Part shown: positions 41,194 to 51,616 of the stretch, one piece after another
Position numbering within the stretch: position 1 is the first letter of the stretch
Layout of the letters: every line of letters begins with the position of its first letter
NCBI GenBank assembly: GCA_041615815.1
Contig: JBFJCP010000005.1
Coordinates: forward strand, 32,001-96,000
DNA: 64,000 bases
Direction of reading: 5' to 3'
Source: Gemmatimonadales bacterium
Lineage (GTDB): Bacteria > Gemmatimonadota > Gemmatimonadetes > Gemmatimonadales > GWC2-71-9
Notes under the pieces: generated by a model
Database searches by the model: none
Told to the model about the DNA's origin: nothing
The model's input: only the letters and a program-made list of their open reading frames with translations
Position numbers and translations under genes: made by a program

Positions 41194-42057
41194 ATGGCTC
41201 GAGACCCTCTTCCGACGGATCGCCACCACGCGCGGATGCGGGTCGGCCGCATCGGCTATGTGAACTGCTATCCGGTCTACGGTGCCATCGACCGACGGAT
41301 CGTGACCGTCGATGCGGACCTGGTAACGGGAACGCCTTCCGAACTGAACGGTCTTCTTGCAGCCGGCGAGCTCGAGGCTTCCGTCGTCTCGGCTGTCGAG
41401 TATGCGCGCAATGCCGGTGCTTACCACCTTCTGCCTGACCTGGCGATCTCGTGTGATGGTCCGGTCCGCAGCGTCGCGTTGTTTTCGCGCTGCGCAGCAC
41501 CGGAGCTCGACGCCGCTACCGTGCTGGTGTCCGAATCGTCGCGCACGTCCGTGTACCTCCTCGAGCTGCTCTGTCACGATGTGTGGAAGGTCCGGCCGAC
41601 CTTCGTGGACGCCCGCGCCGAAGCGGCGGACATCGACGGGCTGGCGGCCCTGCCGCACCAGGCAGTGCTGGTGATCGGCGACGCGGCGCTCCTCTTAGCC
41701 ACCCGTGGCCAGTATCCCTATCGCTATGATCTCGGCGAGGTCTGGAAGACGTGGACCGGCCTGCCGTTCGTGTTTGCGGTGTGGGCGGCCCGGCGTGAGG
41801 CAGACCAGGGCCACGTGCGCGACGTCCACCGCGGACTGTGTGACGCACGCGACTGGGGACTAGATCACCTCGACCTCCTGGCGGACCAGGCGGCGGATGC
41901 CACGGGGATCGATCGCGACGAGTGCCGCACCTACCTCAGTGGATTGGATTACGCGCTCAGCTATCGACACCTGGAAGGCCTGACGAGCTTTTTCCGGCGG
42001 CTGGCCCAACACGGCAGGGTGCGGGAAGGGTCACTGGCATTCTTGTCGGTGGCGTAG
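41194..42057 (+). CDS. mqnA: Chorismate dehydratase (futalosine pathway); start may be 41236
   Basis: RVGRIGYVNC, SRTS, IGDAAL, DLGEVWK..TGLPFVFAVW. Confidence 0.88.
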   Translation: MARDPLPTDRHHARMRVGRIGYVNCYPVYGAIDRRIVTVDADLVTGTPSELNGLLAAGELEASVVSAVEYARNAGAYHLLPDLAISCDGPVRSVALFSRCAAPELDAATVLVSESSRTSVYLLELLCHDVWKVRPTFVDARAEAADIDGLAALPHQAVLVIGDAALLLATRGQYPYRYDLGEVWKTWTGLPFVFAVWAARREADQGHVRDVHRGLCDARDWGLDHLDLLADQAADATGIDRDECRTYLSGLDYALSYRHLEGLTSFFRRLAQHGRVREGSLAFLSVA

Positions 42058-42067
42058 GAAGGAGCCA

Positions 42068-43123
42068 ATGGCCGTGATCGACCGCAGCACACCCGAGTTT
42101 CGCGATTACCTCGAGCTGTACGAGCGGGCCCCGTTGCTGGAACTGGGGACGCTAGCCGACCAGCGGCGACGTGAGCTCCATCCCGAGCGCGTCGTCACGT
42201 ATATCGTGGATCGAAACATCAACTACACCAACGTCTGCGTGGCAGACTGCAAGTTCTGCGCGTTTTACCGTCGCCCCAAGCACGACGAGGGGTACGTGCT
42301 GTCGTTCGAGGAGATCGGTGCCAAAATCGACGAAGCCAAGACGCTGGGGGCCGTACAGATCCTGATTCAAGGCGGACACAATCCCTATATCCCCTTCGAG
42401 TGGTACCTAGAGCTGCTCCGGTACATCAAAACCCATCATCCCATCCACATCCACGGGTTTTCGCCCTCGGAAGTGGATTTCTTCTCTACGCGCTTCCGCG
42501 TCCCGGCCGACGAGGTGATCCGCGAGCTTCAGCATGCGGGCTTGGACTCGATCCCTGGCGGTGGGGGCGAGATCCTCGTGCAGGAGGTCCGCGATCGGGT
42601 GGCCGGAAAGAAGGCGGGCGCGGACCGGTGGCTCGAGATCATGGAGATCGCGCACCGGGCGGGGATGAAGACGTCCGTGACGATGATGTACGGCCTGGGT
42701 GAATCGCTAGCCGATCGTGTGGAGCACCTCATGCGGGTTCGTGACGTGCAGGCCCGGAGTGGCGGTTTCACGGCGTTCATTACCTGGCCGCTTCAGCCCG
42801 AGCACACCGAGATGGAAGGCACGCCCAAGACGGACGCCGTGACCCATCTCCGTACGGTCGCCATCTCGCGGCTGATTCTCGACAACGTTCCAAACCTCCA
42901 GGCGTCTTGGGTGACGATGGGTCTCAAAGTGGGACAAATCGCCCTCCGGTTCGGCTGTAACGACTTCGGCTCCTTGATGATCGAGGAGAATGTCGTTTCG
43001 GCTGCCGGGACCACACACTCGGCCACGCTGGAGGAGATCGTTCGTCACATTCGAGACGCTGGTTTCACTCCCGCCAGACGGCGGCAGGATTATTCCATTA
43101 TTGGAGAGTCCGTCGCCGCGTAG
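42068..43123 (+). CDS. mqnC: Cyclic dehypoxanthinyl futalosine synthase
   Basis: DRNINYTNVCVADCKFCAFY, QASWVT, DFGSLMIEENVV. Confidence 0.92.
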   Translation: MAVIDRSTPEFRDYLELYERAPLLELGTLADQRRRELHPERVVTYIVDRNINYTNVCVADCKFCAFYRRPKHDEGYVLSFEEIGAKIDEAKTLGAVQILIQGGHNPYIPFEWYLELLRYIKTHHPIHIHGFSPSEVDFFSTRFRVPADEVIRELQHAGLDSIPGGGGEILVQEVRDRVAGKKAGADRWLEIMEIAHRAGMKTSVTMMYGLGESLADRVEHLMRVRDVQARSGGFTAFITWPLQPEHTEMEGTPKTDAVTHLRTVAISRLILDNVPNLQASWVTMGLKVGQIALRFGCNDFGSLMIEENVVSAAGTTHSATLEEIVRHIRDAGFTPARRRQDYSIIGESVAA

Positions 43124-43171
43124 CGTTCTACGGGTCGAGAGACTAGCAGCGGAAAGGACAAGAGCGAGATC

Positions 43172-43597
43172 GTGAGCGCCAAGCCCATACTCATCGTCGT
43201 TGGGGCCGAGAGTGATCGCGATCGGGTCGCGTCGGCGTGCACGGTTCTCGACGAGGCTCGAGTAGCGTACGACTTCGTGGTTTCCTCCGCGCATCGCCAG
43301 CCCGAGCAAACGGCGGAGCTCGCGCGCGGGGCGAGCGCCAGTGGCTACAAGGTCATCATCGCGGCCGCGGGACTCGCGGCGGCTCTCCCCGGGGCCGTGG
43401 CGGCCCTCACCGACCTCCCCGTGATCGGCCTTCCCCTCGACGTCGGTCCCTTGCGGGGGGTCGACGCACTGTACGCCATCGCCCAGCTTCCGCCAGGATG
43501 TCCGGTGGCCACGGTCGGCATCGGTAATGCCAGGAACGCCGCGCTGTTGGCGCTGCGAATCCTCGGCCACGAGCCGGCGAGCCCCCGGTTTACCTGA
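43172..43597 (+). CDS. purE: AIR carboxylase/N5-CAIR mutase family protein
   Basis: SAHRQP, AGLAAALPG, PVIGLP, PPGCPVATV, NAA. Confidence 0.85.
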   Translation: MSAKPILIVVGAESDRDRVASACTVLDEARVAYDFVVSSAHRQPEQTAELARGASASGYKVIIAAAGLAAALPGAVAALTDLPVIGLPLDVGPLRGVDALYAIAQLPPGCPVATVGIGNARNAALLALRILGHEPASPRFT

Positions 43598-43725
43598 GCG
43601 GACCGCCGTATTAGTTTGCGCTCGCGCCGGGGGCGATCCCCGCGGCGCCCTCGGGCCGGGGCCCCGGGTCCCGTGGACTCTCAACGCAACCAGAGCATCA
43701 TCATCGAGGTCTTCGCGCCCCAGCC

Positions 43726-44682
43726 ATGATTCGGGTCAGCGAACTTTCAAAGTACTTTGGCGGAACCCGTGCGCTCGGTCCGGTCTCGTTCGAGATCGCT
43801 CCTGGCGAGACCATCGGGTTCCTTGGACTCAACGGTGCCGGGAAGACGACCTTGCTCCGTATCCTCGCCTGCGACCTCAGACCGTCGGCCGGGTCCTTCG
43901 CGGTGGGGAACGTAGACGGGATTGCCGATCCGCACGCGGTGCGAAAACGGATTGGGTTCTTGCCGGAGTCACCGCCAGTTTACCCCGACATGACGGTGGG
44001 CGATTACCTCACGTTCGCTGGTCGGATCCGGGGCCTGCCACCGTCAGCGACGACGTCTCGAGTCCGCGAGGTCGAAGAAGTCACCCACACCATCGATGTG
44101 CACGACGAGTTGATCCGTCATCTGTCCCATGGATTCCGCCAACGCATCGGGGTGGCACAGGCGATCGTTCATCAACCCGAGTTCCTGATTCTCGACGAAC
44201 CGACCAACGGACTGGATCCGGCACAGGTCGTTGAAATGCGTGCCATGATTCAGGACCTCAAGGGCAAGCATACGATTCTGATTTCCAGTCATATCCTCCC
44301 CGAAATTCGCGAGACGTGCGACCGGCTCATCGTTCTCGGGGACGGGCGTCTGTTGGCATCGGGATCCGAGGACCAACTCACGTCCCGCCTCGAGTTGCGT
44401 CGCATCGTCGTGGCGGTTCGTGCGCCGGTAGGCGATGACGCGGTTGCCGGTGCCATCCGACGATGCATCGAGTCCGTGGCTGGGGTGACGCGCGTATTAG
44501 CCAGTGGCCGTGATGACGGTGCCTTGAGCTTCCATATCGACGCCACTGGCGACTGCCGAGCCGCCGTATGCCGGGCCTTGGTGGAAGGCGGCCACGACGT
44601 CCTGCGTCTCGATCGCGCCACCTCCGAGCTCGAAAGCGTGTTCCTCGAGCTGGTACATGGGGGAGAACATGCGAGCGGTTAG
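43726..44682 (+). CDS. ABC transporter ATP-binding protein (GldA-like)
   Basis: GLNGAGKTT, LSHGFRQR, LDEPTNGLDP, SSH. Confidence 0.9.
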   Translation: MIRVSELSKYFGGTRALGPVSFEIAPGETIGFLGLNGAGKTTLLRILACDLRPSAGSFAVGNVDGIADPHAVRKRIGFLPESPPVYPDMTVGDYLTFAGRIRGLPPSATTSRVREVEEVTHTIDVHDELIRHLSHGFRQRIGVAQAIVHQPEFLILDEPTNGLDPAQVVEMRAMIQDLKGKHTILISSHILPEIRETCDRLIVLGDGRLLASGSEDQLTSRLELRRIVVAVRAPVGDDAVAGAIRRCIESVAGVTRVLASGRDDGALSFHIDATGDCRAAVCRALVEGGHDVLRLDRATSELESVFLELVHGGEHASG

Positions 44683-45400
44683 CATCATTTTTCGCCGCGA
44701 GCTCGGTGAATACCTGCATTCGCTCCTCGGCTATCTCGTTGCCGCGGTGGTGCTGTTGATCGATGGATTGTTGTTCTTTGCACAGGGCCTCGGCCCCGCT
44801 GCGGGTGAGCGTCTCTCCGGTGAGGTCTTGTCGCGGTTCTTTTACAACACGAGCGGGCTGGTGGCCATCGCGGCGGTCGCGCTTGCCATCCGGTTGATCG
44901 CGGAGGAGCGTCAAGCTGGCACGCTGGTGCTGCTCAGTTCCTCCCCGGTGCGCGAATGGGAGGTCGTGGCAGGCAAGTTCCTCTCGGCGTTCGCTTTCCT
45001 CGGTGGCATCACGATGGTGAGCTTGTACATGCCGCTGTTGGTGATGGTGAACGGCAAGATCTCACTCGGTCAGGTCTTCGTGGGGTATCTTGGCTTGCTC
45101 CTGATCGGCGCCGCGTGTCTGGCCATCGGCGTATTCGCCACGGCACTCACCAGGCACCAGCTCCTCGCGGCTGCCCTTGGCGCGGCGATCACGGGCACGA
45201 TGTTTCTCTTCTGGCCGCTTTCGATCGTCGTAGATCCCCCACTGTCGCGGGTGTTTGCCGCATTGTCCATGCACGCGCGCCACTTCCAGGGGTTCCAGGT
45301 CGGTACGCTCCACCTCCGCGATGTCGTGTACTACCTCGCCGTGACGTACTTCTTCCTGCTGCTGGCCACCAAAACCTTGGAAGCCAAGCGATGGGAATGA
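44669..45400 (+). CDS. ABC-2 permease (GldF-like)
   Basis: IFRREL, IAEERQAGT..L, VVAGKF, 6 TMs. Confidence 0.85.
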   Translation: MRAVSIIFRRELGEYLHSLLGYLVAAVVLLIDGLLFFAQGLGPAAGERLSGEVLSRFFYNTSGLVAIAAVALAIRLIAEERQAGTLVLLSSSPVREWEVVAGKFLSAFAFLGGITMVSLYMPLLVMVNGKISLGQVFVGYLGLLLIGAACLAIGVFATALTRHQLLAAALGAAITGTMFLFWPLSIVVDPPLSRVFAALSMHARHFQGFQVGTLHLRDVVYYLAVTYFFLLLATKTLEAKRWE

Positions 45401-47280
45401 AGGCTGCGGCACCCTGGTGGCTCACCTGGGCCTTGGCAGGCGGCGTCCTCGGCGTGTTCTTCGGCGAGCGCGTGCTGGGGGACGTCGCCGTCGGGCGCGC
45501 GGTCCTCACGGGTGGCGGCACATTGGTTCTCCTTGGGGCGACGGCGTGGCGAGCTTGGTCGTGGCGGCGGGCGACGGCCGAGGCCCGCTTTGTCGAGCTC
45601 ATGCTATTGGTGGCATCGGTGGGGGTGGTGATTGCGGTACTCGGGTTGCTGGCGGGATCGGAAGATGGTATGAGCTTGCTCGGTATCGAGGTGGCCGATC
45701 CCCAGAGCGATGCTCGCTTGCAAACCGTGGTGCAAATCCTTTCGGTGCTGCTGCTGACGATCTCCTTGCTCCCCGCACTGGCCGGGCAATGGGCGTTGAT
45801 GGCGCACCGACATGCCGGAAGCGACGCCGTCGCGGTGGAATCGCTGCGCATACGACAGACGGCGGTCAATGCGCTGACGGTTGCCTTGGCGGGCGGCTTT
45901 CTCTTGCTGGCGGGGTACGTGGCGTCGGAGCGGGATCAGACGATCGACTTGAGTTACTTCAAGACCTCGGCACCGGGGACAGCCACCCAGAATCTCGTGC
46001 GGAGCATGAGTGGCACGGTGCGGGTCCTTCTGTTCTTTCCTGACGTGAATCCCGTCAAAGACGAGGTGCTTGGCTACTTCCGGAGCTTGGCGAACGCCGT
46101 CCCCAACCTGGAGGTCGAGACGATCGATCGCATGATCGTGCCGCAGGTGGCTCGGGAGTACCGGGTGCGCGAGGACGGGGCCGTGATCCTCGAACGCGAG
46201 GGCCGGACAGAGCGGCTCATGCTGCCCACTGAGCTCAATGCCGCACGAAATCGTCTGCGTCGTTTCGATCGAGATGTGCAGGAGCGGCTTCACCGACTCG
46301 CACGGGGCATTCGCATGGCCTACTTCACGGTCGGTCATGGCGAACTGGGTGATCAAGTGCCCGGTGATACAACGGGAACCCAGGACCCGTTTCGGACTCC
46401 CAACGCGCTCAAGGGGCTGCTGCAACTGCTCAACTACAGCGTGCAGCCTCTGGGGCTCCGGGAGGGATTAGGGAATGAGATTCCCGAGGACGCGGCTGTG
46501 GTCTTCGTACTCGGACCGCGCCGGCCGTTCCTGACAGAGGAGCTGGATGCGGTGGACCGGTATATCGCCGGCGGTGGCTCGGTGCTGCTGGCGCTGGAGC
46601 CCGAGAGCGAGTTCCAGTTGGGTCCGCTGGCCGCCCGTCTCGGTCTGGAGTTTCGTGACGTCGTGCTGGCTGACGATCGACAGCATCTCAGGCGACGCGG
46701 CAACGTCTCGGATCGTCAATTGATCGTGACAGACCGCTTCTCCGCGCACGAAGCGGTGACGACTTTGAGCCGCAGCCAGGTCGGATCGGGCATCGTGTTC
46801 CTGGGTGCCGGCTACCTAGAGGCACGGGACCCCGCGTCCGTGCGTCGCAGCTTCGTCGTGCGATCGCTGGCGAGCACATTCGCGGACGCGAATCGCAATT
46901 TCCAGGCTGATGGCGGGGAGGCCCGGAACGCGTACAACCTCGTGGCGGCCGTCGAAGCCCTCCCCGACACCGGGGCCGTAGGTGACACCGAGCCGGCATC
47001 CATGCGTGCGCTCGTCTACTCCGACGCCGACATGTTCAGTGACGGGGTGTTACAGGCAGTGGCGCTCAACGCCGCGCTCGTTGCGGATGGCGTGCGGTGG
47101 CTCGGGCGCGAGGAAGAGACTGCTGGAGCGATCGAGTCCGAAGAGGACGTGGCGATTGTGCACACGCGCACGCAGGACGTGGTGTGGTTCTACAGTACCA
47201 TCGTGGGTGCCCCTGCGGCAGTGCTCGTGTTCGGCATGATCGCCGTATTCCGTCGGCGCCGTCGCGGGAGGCGGGTATGA
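45397..47280 (+). CDS. GldG-like ABC auxiliary membrane protein
   Basis: N-terminal TMs, YFTVGHGE, IPEDA..LGPRRP..GGSVLL, C-terminal TM + RRRRR. Confidence 0.78.
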   Translation: MKAAAPWWLTWALAGGVLGVFFGERVLGDVAVGRAVLTGGGTLVLLGATAWRAWSWRRATAEARFVELMLLVASVGVVIAVLGLLAGSEDGMSLLGIEVADPQSDARLQTVVQILSVLLLTISLLPALAGQWALMAHRHAGSDAVAVESLRIRQTAVNALTVALAGGFLLLAGYVASERDQTIDLSYFKTSAPGTATQNLVRSMSGTVRVLLFFPDVNPVKDEVLGYFRSLANAVPNLEVETIDRMIVPQVAREYRVREDGAVILEREGRTERLMLPTELNAARNRLRRFDRDVQERLHRLARGIRMAYFTVGHGELGDQVPGDTTGTQDPFRTPNALKGLLQLLNYSVQPLGLREGLGNEIPEDAAVVFVLGPRRPFLTEELDAVDRYIAGGGSVLLALEPESEFQLGPLAARLGLEFRDVVLADDRQHLRRRGNVSDRQLIVTDRFSAHEAVTTLSRSQVGSGIVFLGAGYLEARDPASVRRSFVVRSLASTFADANRNFQADGGEARNAYNLVAAVEALPDTGAVGDTEPASMRALVYSDADMFSDGVLQAVALNAALVADGVRWLGREEETAGAIESEEDVAIVHTRTQDVVWFYSTIVGAPAAVLVFGMIAVFRRRRRGRRV

Positions 47281-48239
47281 GGGCGGCCGCCGTTCACGGC
47301 GTGCTACTGATCGCGGCCTTGGTCGCGGCCTATCTGACGTGGACCAGGGACGAGTCCGCGACAGCACGCAGCGAGGGTGATATTGTCGTATGGCGCCTCT
47401 CGCTCGGGACGATCGACTCGCTCGTGTACGCGCGAGCTGACAGCCGTCTTCTGCTGCGCTGGCGAGGTACGGGAGATTCGTCGTATCTCTGGGCGACGCT
47501 GCGGTCGGACTCGGACACGGCCGGACCCCAGGAGTTTCCCGTGGGCGACGCGGGTGACCGATTATTCGAGCAATTGGCGCCGTTGCGTGCCCTCAGGGAC
47601 CTCGGCGTCCTCGACAGCGCCCAAAAGGCGACCTATCAGCTGAACGCTCCAGAGCGTTCACTGACGGTGTTCACCAGGGAGGGGGAGCGCCGATTGGCAT
47701 TGGGTGGCGTCGTGTTCGGGGCGGGGCACCGCTACGCCCTCGATCCCAGCGCGGACCGGGCTTTGATCATTTCGAATGATGTCATTCGACCACTCGAGGC
47801 TGGACAACCCGCCTTGCGGCTCCGCCGGTTGCACAGCTTCGACCTCGGCGCAGTGGGTTCGGTCACGATCCGTACGGAGCGCGATGAGCGGACCATGGAA
47901 CGGCGCGGAGGTACGATTCCCGAGACGTCGACGTGGACAGCTGTGGGATCGTCGGAGCAGGCGGATCAGACGTTTGCGAATTTCATGCAACGGGCTGAGC
48001 GCCTCACCGTCTCGGACTTCTTCCCGCGACTCCGGTTGGACACTCTACAGTTCGTCATGCGAATCGAGTATTTCGATCGGGGGCGGGAACCGATCGGCTT
48101 CCTGGACCTGGCGCGCGCGCCCAGCGCGTCGGGCGAGACGTTCGACTTCTTCATTCTCACTGAACGCACGCGCATTCCCGGCAAGATCTTTCGCACGCTG
48201 GGCGAGAGCGTGATGCAAGATCTCAGCGAGATTTTCTGA
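47277..48239 (+). CDS. DUF4340-like periplasmic protein
   Basis: Single N-terminal TM, YQLNAP motif, position after GldG-like gene. Confidence 0.6.
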   Translation: MRAAAVHGVLLIAALVAAYLTWTRDESATARSEGDIVVWRLSLGTIDSLVYARADSRLLLRWRGTGDSSYLWATLRSDSDTAGPQEFPVGDAGDRLFEQLAPLRALRDLGVLDSAQKATYQLNAPERSLTVFTREGERRLALGGVVFGAGHRYALDPSADRALIISNDVIRPLEAGQPALRLRRLHSFDLGAVGSVTIRTERDERTMERRGGTIPETSTWTAVGSSEQADQTFANFMQRAERLTVSDFFPRLRLDTLQFVMRIEYFDRGREPIGFLDLARAPSASGETFDFFILTERTRIPGKIFRTLGESVMQDLSEIF

Positions 48240-48387
48240 GTGCGCCCCTCGCCGGAGACCGCTCCGCGAGTGGATCCACGTCGGTACGAGCCCCCATAAG
48301 ACACGGAGGAAGCAGTGTTAGCGGAGAAGACTCTCTGCGACCACTCCGTTCGCCTCCCGGCCCGATGGCCGTCGGCTCCGCCACCGG

Positions 48388-49863
48388 CTACCGTCCCGCC
48401 ATGACGCGCTCGATGGCCTCCACGGTTCGGGGAGCTCCTGCCGAGAGGTTTTCGTATCCGTCGTTCGTCACGACGATCACGTCCTCGATCATGATGGCGA
48501 TGTTCCGGTCCGGGATGTAGAGCTTGGGCTCGACGGTAAACACCATCCCGGGTTCGAGGGGCCTGCTGTAGTCTCGACTGTCGAGGGCATCCAGGCCGAT
48601 GTGATGGCCAAGATCGCGAACGCCGGTCCCCCGAGCCCCGCTGTAGTCAGTGAGTCCGCCGCCGTGAGCCAGCCAATACGTGGGTGACGGCATGATGCCC
48701 CACACTCGTTGCGGGCGCATCGTGCCAATGTCTTCGAAGCGCTCGAGCCCGTGCTGGCGGAAGACCCGTGCCGCCGCGCGAATGACGTCGGTCATCATGA
48801 TACCCGGCTGCACCACCGCCAGTGCCGAATCTTGAGCCTCCAGCACGATCTCATAGTAGCGCCGTTGCTCGGGTGAGAACCGGCCGGACACAGGGAACGT
48901 TCGGCAAATGTCCGACGCGTACATCTGATACTCGGCTGCACCGTAGTCCACGAATAGGAGATCGCCGTCCTGCATCACCCGATCGTCGAAGTCGTATGCC
49001 TCGGATCGGAGCGTGTAGAGCGAGATGGAGGCTGGTCCGGAGGACACGATGGGCCCAAACGATGCCCGGGGCGCACCCTCGCGTTTCCACACCCATTCCA
49101 TGTGTCCCGCGATGGCCAGATCCCGAAGCCCCGGGCGCGTGGCTCGCATCGCTTCGACAAGGCCAGTCACGCTGATCTCCGCCGCCCGGCGCAGCGCGGC
49201 GATTTCATACGGATCCTTCACCAGCCGCAAGCGATCGATGAGTGGAGTCACGTCCGCGACGCTGATATTGGGGAGACGCTCCAGGATGGCGCGTTCCAGT
49301 TGTTGGCGATAGGTGTGCGCGGCGGTGAGGCCCGACGGGACATAGAGGGTGCTCATATCTCTGGTGAAAAGCACGGTATCGGCGTCACCGACGAGTGCCG
49401 AGAGATGACGGAGCAACTCGTCGATAGGATACGACTCCGCAATCCCCGTGCGGCGTTGCACTTCGGGTCCTGGGCTGAGACGCTGCACCGGCCTGTTCCA
49501 CGCGGCGTGCCGAAAGCGATCGTCATCCTGCGGGTATTGGGCGCCAGCGAACTGATACGGCTCGGGCAGAAAAAGTGCCTCTCGGATGCCAGTCGGTCCT
49601 GGAGCAATCACCAGAACGGCGTACGGTGATTGGATGCCCGTGAGATACCAAAAGGACGGATCCTGGCGTGGTTCCCGGTCCCGAATGCGGTAAGCGCCCG
49701 GGACGATGATCGGTGCATTGCGGGCGAGGGCGGCGAGCCGCGCTCGCCGCTGGACAAAGACGTCGGGCGGAAAGAAGGGGTCGGCCTGCGCATCGGCGCG
49801 TTGGACGGCACCGTCCCCCAAGACCGCGAGCATGACCACGACGCCGATCGGTTTCCAGGTCAC
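48388..49863 (-). CDS. Secreted M24 (Xaa-Pro aminopeptidase-like) metallopeptidase, atypical active site
   Basis: FWYLTG, LRLVKD, VDYG..ASDICRT, LGHHIGLD, TVEP, IEDV; GTG start with GGAGG; signal peptide. Confidence 0.85.
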   Translation of the reverse strand: MTWKPIGVVVMLAVLGDGAVQRADAQADPFFPPDVFVQRRARLAALARNAPIIVPGAYRIRDREPRQDPSFWYLTGIQSPYAVLVIAPGPTGIREALFLPEPYQFAGAQYPQDDDRFRHAAWNRPVQRLSPGPEVQRRTGIAESYPIDELLRHLSALVGDADTVLFTRDMSTLYVPSGLTAAHTYRQQLERAILERLPNISVADVTPLIDRLRLVKDPYEIAALRRAAEISVTGLVEAMRATRPGLRDLAIAGHMEWVWKREGAPRASFGPIVSSGPASISLYTLRSEAYDFDDRVMQDGDLLFVDYGAAEYQMYASDICRTFPVSGRFSPEQRRYYEIVLEAQDSALAVVQPGIMMTDVIRAAARVFRQHGLERFEDIGTMRPQRVWGIMPSPTYWLAHGGGLTDYSGARGTGVRDLGHHIGLDALDSRDYSRPLEPGMVFTVEPKLYIPDRNIAIMIEDVIVVTNDGYENLSAGAPRTVEAIERVMAGR

Positions 49864-49939
49864 GAGTGGGTTCCTCCGGATGAATGGATGCAACCGGGCG
49901 CACTTACGCCTCCGGTGGGCGTGAATATCTTTACGCGCC

Positions 49940-51091
49940 ATGCACACCGCCACCCGGACCCACGGCTTCACGGAGTCGGTCATTCGCGGGATGACACGCT
50001 TGGCCCGTGAACACGATGCGATCAATCTCGCCCAGGGATTTCCGAATTTTCCAGCGCCCGACGTGATGAAGGAAGCTGCGGCTCGGGCCATCCACGACGA
50101 CATCAATCAGTATGCGATCACCTGGGGCGCCAAACGACTGCGTGACGCCCTTGCCAAGAAGTACCGAGCGTGGTACGGCATGCCGGTGGATCCCGAGCGC
50201 GAGATCACCGTGACCTGTGGTGCGACGGAGGCGATGGCCACGACGTTACTCTCGATCGTCGACCCGGGTGACGAAGTGATCGTCCTCGAGCCGTTTTACG
50301 AGAATTACGGGCCCGACACCATCCTCTGCGATGCCAAGCCGGTGTTCGTGCCCATGCCCGTGGCCGCTCCCTTGGACCTCGACCGCTTGCGCGCGGCGTA
50401 TTCGGCACGCACCAGAGCGGTCATCGTCAACACCCCCAACAATCCGACGGGGCGCGTGTTGGCACGCGAGGAACTGGCTGGAATTGCCGCTTTGTGCCAG
50501 GAGTTCGATGCCTACGCCGTCACGGACGAGATCTACGAGCACATCTACTACGAGGGCGAACACGTCCCGATCGCTACGCTGCCGGGGATGCGGGAGCGCA
50601 CCATCACCATTAGCGGCGCGTCCAAGACGTTCAGTGTCACGGGGTGGCGCATCGGGACCATCATCGCTCCGGCGAAGGTCACGGATGCGATCCGGAAGGT
50701 GCACGATTTCTTGACGGTGGGAGCCCCCGCACCCCTCCAAGAGGCTGTCGCGACGGCGCTCGAGCAACTGGGATCGGAATACTACGACGGTCTCGCAGCC
50801 GACTACCGGGCGCGACGGGACATTCTGTACCAGGGGCTGAGGAATGCCGGCTTCCGGTGCGTAGCGCCGCAGGGTGCTTACTACATGATGGCCGACTTCT
50901 CGGATCTTCGAGAATTGCCGGATGATGCTTTTGCGGCGTGGCTGACTCGGGAGATCGGCGTGGCCCCGGTCCCGGGTTCGAGTTTCTACCATCGGGCGGC
51001 GCTCGGGCGATCTACCGTCCGGTTTGCATTCTGTAAGACGGCCGATCTGCTGGAGGAGGCCGTGCGACGCCTGCAAGCCGTCCGGACCTAA
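49940..51091 (+). CDS. PLP-dependent aminotransferase class I/II
   Basis: INLAQGFP, NTPNNPTG, DEIY, SKTFSVTGWRIG, RFAFCK. Confidence 0.92.
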   Translation: MHTATRTHGFTESVIRGMTRLAREHDAINLAQGFPNFPAPDVMKEAAARAIHDDINQYAITWGAKRLRDALAKKYRAWYGMPVDPEREITVTCGATEAMATTLLSIVDPGDEVIVLEPFYENYGPDTILCDAKPVFVPMPVAAPLDLDRLRAAYSARTRAVIVNTPNNPTGRVLAREELAGIAALCQEFDAYAVTDEIYEHIYYEGEHVPIATLPGMRERTITISGASKTFSVTGWRIGTIIAPAKVTDAIRKVHDFLTVGAPAPLQEAVATALEQLGSEYYDGLAADYRARRDILYQGLRNAGFRCVAPQGAYYMMADFSDLRELPDDAFAAWLTREIGVAPVPGSSFYHRAALGRSTVRFAFCKTADLLEEAVRRLQAVRT

Positions 51092-51134
51092 CGGCCAGCT
51101 ACCGCCCACCCCTCTCACCGCCTATCATCCGACC

Positions 51135-51614
51135 ATGGCGGTGCGTATTGGCATGGGGTACGACAGCCACAGGTTCGGCGCGGATCGCGCCTTGGTCCTG
51201 GCGGGCGTGGAGATTCCCCACGAGAGGGGGCTGACGGGTCATTCCGACGGTGATGCGGTCGCACACGCCGTCACGGATGCGCTCCTGGGCGCCGCGGCCC
51301 TTGGCGATATCGGTCGGCTGTTTCCGGACACGGACCCGAGGTGGCGCAACGCCGACTCGATGGGCATGCTGGCCGACGTGATCGAACGCCTGGCCACCTC
51401 CGGCTTCCGCGTTGCAAACGTGGACGTCACGGTCGTGACGGAGGCCCCCCGGCTTGCGCCCCACATCGATCGCATGCGCTCGCGTTTGGCGGAGGTCCTC
51501 GGCCTGCCCGTCGGATGCGTCTCGGTGAAGGCGAAAACCAACGAGCAAATGGACGCGGTTGGCGCGGGACAGGGTCTGCTAGTGTTGGCCGTCGCGGCCG
51601 TGGAGGGTGAGTAG
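51135..51614 (+). CDS. ispF: 2-C-methyl-D-erythritol 2,4-cyclodiphosphate synthase
   Basis: GYDSH, HSDGD, DIGRLFPD, KAKTNE. Confidence 0.95.
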   Translation: MAVRIGMGYDSHRFGADRALVLAGVEIPHERGLTGHSDGDAVAHAVTDALLGAAALGDIGRLFPDTDPRWRNADSMGMLADVIERLATSGFRVANVDVTVVTEAPRLAPHIDRMRSRLAEVLGLPVGCVSVKAKTNEQMDAVGAGQGLLVLAVAAVEGE

Positions 51615-51616
51615 CG

